Source: the human T2T-CHM13v2.0 reference genome, Homo sapiens
Strand: one strand, 5' to 3'
Assembly (NCBI RefSeq): GCF_009914755.1
Contig: NC_060933.1
Length of the DNA: 64,000 bases
Of the stretch, positions 31,374 to 64,000 are shown piece by piece; position 1 is the first letter of the stretch, and each line of letters begins with the position of its first letter. The notes beneath the pieces were generated by a model that saw nothing but the letters and a program-made list of their open reading frames with translations, did no database searches and was not told the origin of the DNA. Made by a program: the position numbers and the translations under genes.

Positions 31374-31609
31374 CTAGTAGATCCTGCGTGTTGTGTAGTC
31401 CAGAACCATGCTGGCAGCACCCAGCAGGGCGGGGTCAACCAAATCCGAAACCACCACATCCACGTCCTGCACGGAGGACAAGGCCTGCTGGCGAATGACG
31501 TCTTTGACAATGTGGATATAGTGACTGGCCAGGACTCCGGAGAGGATCACAAGGGAGGGATTCATGGTATGGAGGATGTTCACAACCCCAAGACCCAAAG
31601 CTGTTCCAG
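31374..31609 (-). CDS. GNE: GNE last coding exon 12 (236 nt incl. TAG), ManNAc kinase C-terminus
   Basis: ctatag|CTGGAACA...; encodes [29 protein letters not shown]...[14 protein letters not shown]; Met712 is the reference residue. Confidence 0.98.
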
Positions 31610-31928
31610 CTATAGGGAGACAAAAATTAAAATGAGTTTCTGAGAGAAGCCAAAATCAAAATACCAAAGAGGAAGGCAGAAAAGAGCCAGCAGCAGAAAT
31701 GTTAAAGAACATCCACGGCATGCAGTGGGAGGCAGTGTTTTAAAAGCAGTTCACGGTTGATTCTTAATATGAGAAAATGATCATGTGACAGCCTCAAGTG
31801 GAAAAAGCCGGGTGTACCACATGATCTCCACTAGGCAAAAAAATGAATAGAAAGACTCGAAGGAAATGTTAATAGTTGATACCTCCAAATGGGAAAACTA
31901 AGTGATATTTTTTCTTACAACTGTCCTA

Positions 31929-32417
<489 letters not shown>

Positions 32418-33763
32418 TCACAATTGCAAAGCTTATCGTTCACAAACATCTCTATACACTGCCCCTAAAGCCTTTGCTACCCTCTTGCTAATTGGTTGTA
32501 CATAACCCAGAACCTATCTTCCTGGAAAAACCTCAAGTCTGACGACAGCCTCCTACCCCTCTGGCTCCCTCACTTCTCACTTCCAGTAGCAGACAGTCTT
32601 TGAAGTGTTCTTTTCTCCAAATTATCACCCTCCTCCCACATTCACTCCTTCCTTACTCATCCCAGACACAATGCTGTGCCATCTGCCAGCGCCACGCGTT
32701 CTATGGCAGCGAGGCACAGTGGCTGAGGAACAGACACAGGCCTGGGGTCAGTGCCAGCTCTGCCACTCCCAGCTGCATGACCCCATGCCTGTCACCTCAC
32801 CTGTACACATTCCTCCTTCCTAGAAGATGAGACCAGTAGTGCCTCCCCTGGCAGGGTTATTTGAGGAACGGAATGAGATCATGGACATAAAGTATTTAGT
32901 TAAGTGCTGGCCACAGTAAATGCTCAGTAAGCAGCAGGTATTTCTGTGGTTATCTGTAGTCCTTGTCTTCTGCCCGTCACCAACTCAGATCAATCTGCCT
33001 CCTACTAATCTGCTAGAATATCTGGACCCTGAAGGAGAAAAATCCCCAGCTGTGCAAACTGCAACCTAGACATCAACTGGTGGTCTCCTGTCTCCCCTGG
33101 GCCCTCACAGCTCTCACCCATTCTCTCTGACTGCGCTTTTCTATACCTTCACCACCTTCCCAGTCCTTCTACCCCCACTGCCAACAGACGAGCATACTTC
33201 TTACCTCTCTCATAGGGGGCACCACCAGGCAGTGATCCCCTACCTTTTTGCTTCCTGTCCCATACACCCATCATCTCGGCTCGCCATGCCCTCTCGTGGA
33301 CCCTCTGCCTGGCTTTGCAGCTCATCTCTTCCCACCTCTTCAGAACCCTACTGTAGGGCTCTATACACTTCTCTCCTGCACTCTCGGCCTCCACTCCCCA
33401 TCTCTTTTCCTTCAGCATATGCTCACAAATTGGTTTTGGGGGCCAAAAATCTACACTGTTTTTATGTATGAAGCACAGATATACTACACATACAGTGCAT
33501 GTATGTGTGATATATACATAACATGTTTTGTCCATTTATTTCTTCATTAAAATGTGTATTAAGTACCCTCCCTGTGATACTGGCTGAGAAAACAAAACTG
33601 AAGGAAATCTTCCCTGCTGTCTTGGAACTCTAGACCTCTGTCCACCACCACCCCTGGGGAGGAAGAGTGGCAATATGGGTCAGCCAAGAAGACTGTGCAG
33701 TTTTAGTGCGAGGGAGCCCTGCTCTTTCCCTAAGAAGTGAAAAGGGGGAAACTTCTGGCTTCA

Positions 33764-34048
<285 letters not shown>

Positions 34049-35047
34049 TCACTGAGGGTGCTTTACCTGAAACAGAAAACTATGATATCACAACGCCTCA
34101 TCTATTTAGCAGAGCTTTGGCATGTGAGGGTCTATAGATACTTCTTTAGACAGCTGAAGCCCACTAGGCATCAAAGCATTCTCTGGCAGCATTTTGGATG
34201 GAAATGTTTTTAGCAGATCCTCTGATGCCCTGTGACCCATCTGCTTGGGTCACTGTGATTTCAAACACAGCTGTGGGGACAGTGCAGCAAAAATGCATGC
34301 CCACCTTGTGGGTAGCAGACCCCCTGGCCCAGCACACACTGTCCATCTTTCTGCACCAAGGCTTTCTCTAACACTGAAGCAAGAGCCTACTCAGCCACGC
34401 AGGCACAGCACCCAGGGGCAACCTGCAACCGAGGCAAGGCAGGAGCCGGCAGATCCACAGGACAATTCTGGATGCTGTTCTGCAGGCTTCTTAGGAGGTG
34501 CTAGTGGAGTTCAGCCCCCTTTGCCCTCAAGTCAACTTCAATAATGTTAATATATCCTTAATGGCTTTCTTCCTGCTCTGTTTCATTCTTCCCACTCACC
34601 CTCCTGCTTCTTGTGGTCACCTCCAAAAAACCATACCTGTACCTAAATCCTTGTCTCAGGCTCTGCTCTGAGGAATACCCAAGATAAGTCTTTTAAAATG
34701 TATCACACACTACCTGCTTCCTGAAGCAGAAAATATGAAATAATGATTTTGCCTTTTTTGATGCTGCCATGTCTAAAAATCTGTGATTCAATAATTATAA
34801 ATATCAGTGACTGTCTTTTGTTATGGCGTTTAGCAGTTACAAAGGAGTAAAGGGTATTGTGCCTGAGAAGGCTCTGCTTTTAAGGGTTGTCTTGCCATCT
34901 GTCACTTCTTGGGCACTTATTCCTCAACCCCTAGCCCTCTGATTTACAGCTTAGTCACTGCTCTGAGCCAGGAAATGGTATCCAAGTTTGCTAAAACTGT
35001 GTCTGGAACTAAAAGAGGATGAGCATGAGCTAAAGTACATGAGCTTA

Positions 35048-35339
35048 GGCTGGGTGTGGTGGCTCACCCCTGTAATCCCAGCACTTTGGGAGGCTGAGGC
35101 GGGCAGATCACCTGAAGCCAGAAGTTCAAGACCAGCCTGACCAACGTGGTGAAACCTTGTCTCTACTAAAAATACAGAAATTAGCCGGGTGTGGTGGCAC
35201 ATTCCTGTAATCTCAGCCATTTGGGAGGCTGAGGCAGGGGAATCACTTGAATCTGGGAGGCAGTGAGCTGAGATTGTGCGACTGCACTCCAGCCTGGGTG
35301 ACAGAGTGAGACTCACTCTTTAAATAAATAAATAAATAA
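35048..35339 (+). mobile_element. AluS
   Basis: Alu consensus; TSD AAGTACATGAGCTTA. Confidence 0.9.
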
Positions 35340-35649
35340 GTACATGAGCTTAAAGGGATAGTGGTGTAATGTAGAGTTTAAGCACATACAAGTTTTGAAG
35401 TTAGACATATCTGTATCAGATGCTGGCTTAACCGCTTATTAGCTAAGTCTGTTTCCTCATTTAAAAATCAAGTTATACACTTAAAATATATACAACAAAA
35501 ATAAAATAGAGTAAAAAAACAAAAGTAACAAATTGGGATGTCATAAAAAAATGACAGAGCAGGGAACTCCAAAGGTCCATTCTGCCACTAAAGTGAGGAA
35601 AAAACTGGTAAAAATGTCAGAATCAACCTTTTTGGAACTCTGGAAACTA

Positions 35650-35820
<171 letters not shown>

Positions 35821-36145
35821 CTAAAAACAAAACAAAACCAGCTGAATCTTGATAAGAGAACTTTCTGGTGTTGTAACCTACCCTGGTCCCATCACCCACT
35901 CTCCAGCTTGGTGGTGACCTTGAACAACAGTCCACACTCCCAGTACTGGTGTACAGAAACAGTACTGGATACCAGTACCTGACGGGGCAGGACGAACTTA
36001 TTTTCAAAAAATTGTGGTTGTTTGTTTTGACCTGCCTGTCACCTCCCTGGAGGACCACCTCAAAGGGCCTGCTTTCATCTTAACTAACTAGGAACTATCC
36101 TAGTGCTGAGGGGGTTACATGAAGGATGTTTATCAAAAACATTTC

Positions 36146-36477
<332 letters not shown>

Positions 36478-36675
36478 CTAGGGCAAAGGATAACAGCTGG
36501 GGCATCCAACACACTAACCAAAAAGACTGGGAGGAAAAGCTGGGAAATGAGAAGCTCTGGGAAATAAGAGCTTTGAATAGCTCTGACAAGTTCCTGGAAT
36601 TTAGAAGGCCACAGGCATGTCTAAGGCTGGGCACATGCTCAGAAAAGGCCACATGTGGCTCACCTTCAGGCTCTA

Positions 36676-37146
<471 letters not shown>

Positions 37147-37343
37147 TTAGACAGTTGTGAATTAAAGCCATAGCACCTTAAAGATTTCTAGAACTGTCAG
37201 TGCTTCTCTCCTAATGCTTGTTGGTGTCCCAGGAAGTCCCCATGCTTGGGGCCCACAGACAGCACCTAGAGCCATCTATGCACAGGGCAGACACTGACTT
37301 GATGCTCAGGCATGCATCACAAGTTAGTAAATTTTGTACATTA

Positions 37344-37511
<168 letters not shown>

Positions 37512-37710
37512 CTAAAAGAGAAAACAACAAGTTCCGTCTTACTGGTCTTAGCTAAGCAGCATATTGTGAGTGTTGTGATCTTTTTCATGACAAATTAGAC
37601 ACTGCTATAGGATGGCCCCGCAGTCTTAGATGACTGCTTGGGGAAGGACCCACTGCCTGGTCTGGGCCAGCCCTGGGGTAAGCTCAAGTAGTTCCTGTAA
37701 TCTGTCCTAA

Positions 37711-40492
<2,782 letters not shown>

Positions 40493-41250
40493 TTCTATTA
40501 GTTTTTAAAAGAGTATTTATAAGGGAGGCCTCTTGGCTTTTCTTGAGAAAATTATGTTTTGTTTTGCTTTCCTTATTTGACCTAATGGTATTAATAAATT
40601 TCCTACAACTTTACATTTAAAATCTTTGCTATTTCTCATCGTCTCTGGAAGCTTTATACACTCACACTATTTCAAACCAAGATTTTTCTAGTAGGTTTAT
40701 TCTAAGTCATTAGAGATCACTTTAACATGAACAGTTTGTTATTTTTATGAATGTTCTCTCACCTGTCAACACTGGGTGATGGTTTGGTTAACAGATTGAA
40801 GGTATGCTGTACTCAATAAAGAGCAGAACTGTAAAAATGCAAAATGGAAAATCCACACAACTGATCACATTCTAGAGAAGAGGCAGCTCCCTTCACCATT
40901 TGCTGATACCCCTCACCTGGGCAGTGATAGTAATCAGCATACTCCACACTCCAAGCTGTTACCAAGTATAGAATTTCAGGTCTTTTGGGTGGCAAAAGCC
41001 CGATCTGATGCCTAAAGGGGTCTTCCCACTGTCAAGTCTACCGTCTTGGATTCCCAAAGAATTTACTTCTTTGAAATGTTAATGATCAGTAAAATAGTGA
41101 GACAAACATTGTAAAGGATCCACAAGTCAATACTATCAGCAAATGATTACAAGCTCTTGTGTATGTTTCTAGTCTTACCTTCCAACTATATATACTTAAA
41201 AAAAAAATCAATCGCTCATATGGGATATAAAGTTAGGAGTTTAGGAGTTA

Positions 41251-41484
<234 letters not shown>

Positions 41485-41599
41485 TCAATTAAATTATATG
41501 CTTCTGCCATACATGTTAAGTGGTAGTGAGGGTATAATGTAATGGAAACTGAGACTTCAGGTAAAAATAATTCATGCTTCTTCCTAAAGTGACATCTTC

Positions 41600-42879
<1,280 letters not shown>

Positions 42880-43028
42880 TTAGCAATCCCTGTCTCCCCA
42901 GCAACTAGGGGCCCGTAGGCATAAGAAGGAAAGCTCTGTTAGGATGATTAAACAGTGATTGTAGCTTTAAAATGGTACTGAAGGTAGCTCCCCTTTTAAA
43001 TCACTCAACAAAGAATGTTTTATACTCA

Positions 43029-43226
<198 letters not shown>

Positions 43227-43704
43227 TCAGGTTAAGTCTTTTGTTAGGGAAAATTCAACTTTTCTACTTTATACCTTTTAAAGTACTCTTGGCAAGATTT
43301 CAGTACATCAAACACTTAAGGGCCCTAGGGTCCTTTATTCCCAAGGAGAACAAATCAAGTTTTTGTTTATTAAAATAAATAAGGTAGACCAACCTGGCAT
43401 CCACTTACCATTTGCCTAGTCATCTATGAGATTCACTCTCTTTCAACCTGCCCTGCCTTCCATCTACTCAGCCAGTGGTTCACTTGGCTGGTCAGGCAGT
43501 CACTTTCCCTCCAGACATTTCCTGACCAATATGAGGGAGTAAATCTAGCGAAAATGGCCACACTGTTCAATGGGTTTGGCTAAGAAGAGAAGAGTGGACG
43601 AGTAACATCTGGAGAGAGGTGTGGGGTCAAGAAAGGAGTTGTTTTGTGTTGTTTGTTTTTAAGATGTGAGAGGCTTAGGCATGTTTAAATGATGAGGAGG
43701 TTAA

Positions 43705-45484
<1,780 letters not shown>

Positions 45485-45799
45485 GACTATATTCTTCAGC
45501 TTGCCTTGCAGCCAGATGTGGCCATGTGACTAAGTTCTGATGGATGTGAGAAGAAAGATTTGCAACTTTCAGGTCTTGCCTTTAAAGTGAAAGGCATCTT
45601 CTCTTTTCCTTCTTCCAAAGGCTAAAACAGAGACTTGCAAGCAATAGCTAGAGCAACCACTAAGAAAATAGATGGGGGCTAAGTCTGATGATTGTGGAGC
45701 TGCCATCCACTGAGAAAGAAAGAACATTTAACTTATTTCAGCCACTATTATTTAGGGTCTCTGTTATAGCAGCCAAACTGACAACCAATTATGCATCAT

Positions 45800-46920
45800 C
45801 TCTATACCAATGACTCTCAAATTTCTATCTCCAACTCTAACTCTTCCTGGAACTATCTAGCTGTTTACTAGCCATGTCTGCTTTGATATCTAATAGGCAT
45901 CTCAAACTTCACATAGCTATAAGAGAACTCTTAATTCAATCCCTCCCCAAATCTGTTCCTCCCTCAGTGTCCCCATATCGCTGCCCAATCAGAAATCTAG
46001 GCTGTAATGGAAAAGTGTGTATCATTAAAGGAAAAAGAACTGGACTAGAACCAAGGAGATTAGTTCTAGCTCTGCTCTTTCTCCAATTCTTCATAATTGC
46101 CACCTTTCTGTTATATTTACATCTTCTTCCCTTCTCATTCCCAGCATATCACTGCCCAATCAGAAATCTAGGCTTCCTTGTTGATTCCTTTCACCTCCGC
46201 ATCCAAGCATCAGCAAGTACTATAACAAGACCCAAATCTAACTTTTTTCCATCTCTAATACTTCATCAAAGCCACTATCATCTCTCATCTGAGCAACTGA
46301 ATCAGCCCCCTTACTGGTCTCCCTGCTTTTATTCTTGCCCCCCCGCCCCCCCCACCGACATTCCATTCTGTATATTAGCAACCGGAGTGATCTTTCCAAA
46401 ATGCAACTCTTGTCATGTCATTCCTTCCCATTACACTTAGAAAAAATTCCAAATGACTTACCCTGGCTTACATGCATCTGTTTCCTTCTCTAACATCACC
46501 TGTATCACTCTGCCTCTTGCTCACTACTCTACAGCCACAATAGCGCTTCCATTTCTCAAATACACCAAGTTCACCTCCCGGCCCTCACACTGGCTGTTGC
46601 CACTGCCTCTCCCTGATCCTCACATAGCTGACTCCTTGTCATTCAGATTTCAGCTTAGGTGTCATCTCCTTAAAGAGGCCTTCCTTTAACCAATCTAATG
46701 GAGTCCATCATATACCTTGTGTTACAGCAGGCACAGCATATAGAATTCCTGATATTTTTCTTATTTCTTTTGTGTATGTCTATCATCTATCTCCTCTCCC
46801 ACTAGAATGTAAGTTACACGAGAGCCCAGCTCTTCTTGGTCTAGTTTATTGCCAAATCCCAGTGCCTAGTACATGGTAGGTGTTTACTAAATATTTTCTA
46901 AATAAATGAATTGAGGAATT
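45800..46920. mobile_element. L2 (LINE-2) 3' fragment
   Basis: Typical L2 motifs (GACTCTCAAATTTCTATCTCC, GGCATCTCAAACTT, CCCCACTAGAATGTAAG, CCCAGTGCCTAGTACATGGTAGG, AATAAATGAATTGA); boundaries approximate. Confidence 0.7.
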
Positions 46921-47125
46921 TGAAAGAATTTCCATCTCATGGCTTCCATTTTCTCTATGAAGTGGGGAGTAAAGTAATATGCTGGGAATGAGAAGGGAAG
47001 AAGATCTAAATATAACAGAAAGGTGGCAATTATGAAGAACTGGAGAAAGAGCAGAGCTAGAACTCATCTCCTTGGTTCTAGTCCAGTTCTTTTTCCTTTA
47101 ATGATACACACTTTTCCATTACAGC
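46001..47125. repeat. 149-bp inverted repeat (46001-46149 / 46977-47125), 146/149 identical
   Basis: Manual reverse-complement alignment shows 3 mismatches and no gaps. Confidence 0.95.
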
Positions 47126-47393
47126 TTCCATTAAATTCCACTGCATGTAAACAGGATTAGAACTTGAACTAATGTTAATAACAGGACCTAGCTCAGTTAG
47201 CAAATTCATTAATAATAATCCTACTTATACTTAAGGGGCACTTTACTTAGAACTACCATACTCTAAAGTACTGACTGAAGGGATTCTACATTAGGCCCAG
47301 AAAATAAAAGACTAGCATTCATATATTCATGAAACATTCAACCACATTCTCTCTTAAACACAGCCATGAAAGACCATAATTAAAAACCACTTA

Positions 47394-47761
<368 letters not shown>

Positions 47762-47902
47762 TCACTGTGTGCTATTTATCGACTATAGATTTTAGGCTTC
47801 AACTGGTTATTAACCTCATTCACTCACTTGTTCACAAAATATATGCTCAGTACTGATATATGCATACCTTATAACAACTCACGTATGTATAAAGCCTAGT
47901 CA

Positions 47903-48232
<330 letters not shown>

Positions 48233-48988
48233 CTAAAAAAACCTCACATCAGTTATTAGGGAAATAGTAATTTTAACTACTGGCTTTTTCATGAATGATG
48301 GATATCTAAAATGTCCTCTGCTTCACTCATCTAGGAACTCAAAAAGCAGCAGTTGGGACTTTTCAAACAGAACTAGGCAAAGCAAATAACTTTTATCAAT
48401 GCCCTAGTAAAAGCCTTTACCTTAAACAACAATTAAGAGGCTAAAGACAGGCCAACAGCCTGTATCTCTTAACCTGAGAGTTCCCAAATGGAACCCTCTC
48501 AGGCTCCACACACCAAGCTGATGAGAGAGCCTCTGCCCAGCTACACTCACCTTTACACTAACAAGAACTCGGTGGGATAGCACTCCCATTTATATGAACT
48601 AAACTCCAAGAAAATACACATAGATTCTGATAACTGTGGCTTCTATTTTAACTGCATGACTTAATAAAAATTTAAAGATACATGAAGGGGAGGCAATATT
48701 TAATGTCCCTCTGCTTGCCTCTCAACTGACCCCCTCCTAACTACCCCATACCTAGGGAGGAAAATTGCTAACCTGACTGGTTAGAAGGCAGAGGTCTGAC
48801 CACACCATGCTTACCACTGGGCAGGTGCCACTCATTTAACCAAAGCTGTGCATGCATGGTTCTCAATTTTTTTAACTTTTATTGTGTTGCAAGGTAGGTA
48901 AATGGACTCAGGGTCTAATTCCCTGGAGAAGGCCTGGCCACTTCTCTCTATATACAGTCTTGCCAGAGCATCATCTGTAATTATTGTA

Positions 48989-49229
48989 CAGGTTGAGCAT
49001 CCCTTATTCGACATGGTTGGGACCAGAAATATTTTGGGTTTCAAGTTTTTTTGGATTTTGAAATATTTGTTATTCTGTAATACTTACCAGATCAGCATCC
49101 CCAATCTGAACATCCAAAATCCAACTGCTCCAATAAACGCTTCCTTTGAGCGTCATATTGGTGCTCAAAAAGTTTGAGATTTTGGAGCATTTCAGATTCC
49201 AGATTTTTTGATTAGGGATACTCAAACTG
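48989..49229 (+). mobile_element. Tigger4a/Zombi-like Tc1-mariner MITE
   Basis: TIRs CAGGTTGAGCATCCCT...AGGGATACTCAAACTG, flanked by TA on both sides; ~240 bp. Confidence 0.8.
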
Positions 49230-50177
49230 TAGTACATGGCACACCAGAAGGCACCACTACTATTCCAAGATTCAGGTTTCGATTCAGTTGAAAGCCCCTC
49301 TTTGGCTTAAGGCTTCGATAATCCATTTTCCGGAGGGAGTCCTGTACTGGGGAACAGGGCACTAAGCCAGATAATGATAAAGTGATGCCTTGATTCTTAT
49401 TTTCCTATTGTTCCCTGTGTATAGCTTATCAAAAACCCTGTGGAGGGTAGAGGCAAGTGGCAGCCATGACTTAGATATACCTGGGACCCTTTACTTTCAT
49501 AGAAAAAAAATACCTCTAATTCTAAAGTATATACAGCCAGGAAAGTGTATTATAAACAGAATATATCATTGACAATGAATGCTGAACGAGAATGATACAT
49601 AGTTACATTACACATATTTATAAAAAATTTAAAGGTCAGAAAAGAATAAATATTAACATTTTTGAAATATTGATACATTACCTGGAAAAAATCTGGGTTG
49701 GGTATTCTTAAATTTTTTTCCAACTAATATCCTACTTTGTTCTCCCTAACAGAAAAGATTCTTCAAGGGAATACTAAGACAGGGGTTCTTTCAGAGTAAG
49801 TTGGTGATATCTTGACATTGCAGAGAATGGGTTCTGCCTCCTTTACCAAAAAAAAGCCTAAGAACTCAACAATGAGTGGTGTCAGCTAAAGATAACCAGT
49901 GTTTGGAAATTCTTCAGTGTTAGGCTATGTTCTGACATTTCTCATTAATATCTCACACCCCCATTAACTCGCCTAAGGTCTCAGCAGTACCAAAATCTAT
50001 AGTACCATCCACTGGTAAGCAAGTGATCAGCCAGGGCAGGCTTGAGGATGAACCGGTTGGGACTGGCTGGGGACTCCAGATTTAAACTGCTTCAGCTCAA
50101 GATTACTTTAAGGTATAGCTAACATAAATATGAAAGAAAGCAAGAAAAAATATTAGTGGCTATTTTACTGTGGATAG

Positions 50178-50508
<331 letters not shown>

Positions 50509-50835
50509 ATCTTTCACTTCAACTTCTAAGATTTATGTCTCTTGGCTTCTGCAGTTTCTTAACTGGTGGAAACTGGAGGGAAAATATTAGTACTAAACAT
50601 GAGACTAAAGTAGACAGTAGACAGACTTTTTATTATTAAGTTTCTACTGGACTTGGCAAAAACATTACAAACTTTTTGAGTTATAGCAAAATTGGTAATC
50701 CTTTGAAAATTGGAATGCATTTCAGAATAGAGTGCCCTTCAATGATAAGATGAGCAAGATAGGAAGGCAGTTAAAAGAAGTAATAGAAACATAAAATTGG
50801 GAAAAGTAGGTGGCATAATTTCATTTTCAAGTTCA

Positions 50836-50997
<162 letters not shown>

Positions 50998-51654
50998 TTA
51001 AAGAAAATCAAACCACATTGCTTCATTAGTTAAGAATCTTAAAAGAGAAAGAAGCAAATTCTGAAAGCAAGACTCTAAGTCTGTGCTTTTAAAAATTCTA
51101 CGATAGAAACAGTTTGTCAAATTGTGAACAGGGCATCCAAATTAGAGTCAAATGATAAGAATTTACAGCAACAAATCCAAGTATTCAGCAAACTTAACAT
51201 TTTACAAAGACATGCTGCCACAAACATAACTTTAAATAGCAGGCACTAGAAATTCACTGTTTTAAAACCCAAACTATTCCAAAGCACTCAAAAAATGTGA
51301 CTCTTCCCAATTTCTAACTAATGTTTTTAGTGAATATTCAGCAATATCAATGAATAATAATATGTTGCATATCAGGGCATTTTGAGGCTGAACAAGCATT
51401 AAACATATTTCCTAGAATGCACAGGAGCTTTCCTGTACTATCACCTACCAGATTCAACAAGTGGCAAGTGTTTCTAACTCTGTTAAAGGACTAGGAGAGT
51501 TTCGCTCATCCCTAGGCTGGGATCCCAAGGACGGTTCCTCAGCAAAAATTTAAAAGGTAAAAAGTTTAGATTGACAGTGCTATGTCAAACAACGCAAGGT
51601 ATTTACCAATAGGGCCTATATTATCCCATAAAACTGAAAGTGAGCTCCACTTAC

Positions 51655-59756
<8,102 letters not shown>

Positions 59757-60022
59757 TTAGGATCGTTCTTATAACTAATATATTTAATGGATTAAAAGCA
59801 TTCCATTCTATAAATATAGCAGAGATTTTTAAAACTCAATCCACTAAGCCTATTTTACAGAAAAGGTAAACCTCAGAGAGGTAAAGTCATACCACAGGGC
59901 AAGGTCTATGAACTAAAACCTTGGCCTTCTCATTGCTAACAGAGTATTCTATCCATAATAGTTTCCAAAAGGATTGAAATAGACGGAACATTTTCTGACA
60001 AAAACAGCCATTAGACTGACTA

Positions 60023-60529
<507 letters not shown>

Positions 60530-60669
60530 TTAAACACAGAGCCGTAACATGCAAGAAAAGCAATCTAACACCAACTCTGAAGTGAGAAACATTAAAATAA
60601 ATAAATTGAAGTATAACTTACAAACATAAAAAGCATAGACCATAAGTGTAAACAGCCTGATTAAGATTC

Positions 60670-62663
<1,994 letters not shown>

Positions 62664-63199
62664 TAATAACAAACCTAATGTCAGCAAAATAAATGTCAAT
62701 GGTGACAGTAATGTAACTCTCTACTTTACCTTGCAGATTAGATTTTTAAAATCTTGTTCCATATCTACTACTTTATATGCTGTTGGCCTATAAACCAGTT
62801 TTAAAGATTGCCATTACAGCTCACAAAACAGTTTACATGGAATCACATTATTATACTCATACAATATGTATTTATAAGTGGCATTTGTTTGAATGTAACA
62901 ACTAATAACAAACAGTAATATTATTTATAGCTACCATTTATCAATCATCTACTAAGCGGCATCATTGTGATGGATGCTCTATATCATGATCTCCATTCCT
63001 CACAATAATTTACAATATAAGTTTTCACTACATTATATAATGAGGAAACTGAGGCTCAGAGATGCTAAGTGACTACTCTAAGGCCACATAAAAACTAAGC
63101 AGCAGAACAGGAATTTGAAGCTGGGCCCATATGGCTACAAAACCCAAGCTCCTTCTAGCACACTGTTGCAATGAAGAATAAGAAAATGCTTTCATCTTA

Positions 63200-63457
<258 letters not shown>

Positions 63458-63605
63458 CTAAACTTTAAACTTCTCTAAATCAGAAATAGAAATTTTCAGT
63501 TTCAAGTCCTTAACCACTATTTAGTACAGTGATTCTTAATCTTTTTTTGCACCTCCACTTATGTGTGACTCTCCCATTGGTATATCCAGAGTTAAGAAAC
63601 TCCAA

Positions 63606-63999
<394 letters not shown>

Positions 64000-64000
64000 A

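Noticed and set aside
45874-46440. 188-aa ORF with repeated CPIRNLG
   Set aside because: The repeat is the 30-bp target duplication described in the findings; the ORF lies in L2-derived intronic sequence.

Overview
Human (primate) genomic DNA, very Alu-rich (about 50 Alu copies), with two convergent protein-coding genes; I recognise it as the 9p13 CLTA-GNE locus. On the + strand is the complete CLTA gene (clathrin light chain A): CpG-island promoter, 7 coding exons from ATG 5063 to TGA 25780, two frame-preserving alternative exons of 54 and 36 nt (218 aa without them, 248 aa with both), and AATAAA at 26042. On the - strand is the complete hGNE1 coding region of GNE (UDP-GlcNAc 2-epimerase/ManNAc kinase): 11 coding exons from ATG 63364 to TAG 31374 summing to 2169 nt (722 aa), with a ~2.9-kb Alu-containing 3'UTR ending near 28450. 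The first exon(s) of GNE lie beyond the window. All exon boundaries were read from the sequence and the reading frames close exactly. The rest is interspersed repeats: a solo LTR3-type ERV LTR, a truncated L1PB-type element, an AluYa5, and Tigger, MER, MaLR, MIR and L2 relics; subfamily names are from memory of the consensi. I see no evidence for a wholly new gene or system. The most interesting unexplained structures are: (1) a 149-bp, 98%-identical non-Alu inverted duplication with a 30-bp target duplication and junction microhomology in GNE intron 5; (2) a complete 146-nt latent poison exon with a GC donor in GNE intron 4; (3) an inverted-Alu duplex in the GNE 3'UTR that a cryptic AATAAA in an Alu-tail microsatellite could remove; and (4) several unusual retrotransposition scars.
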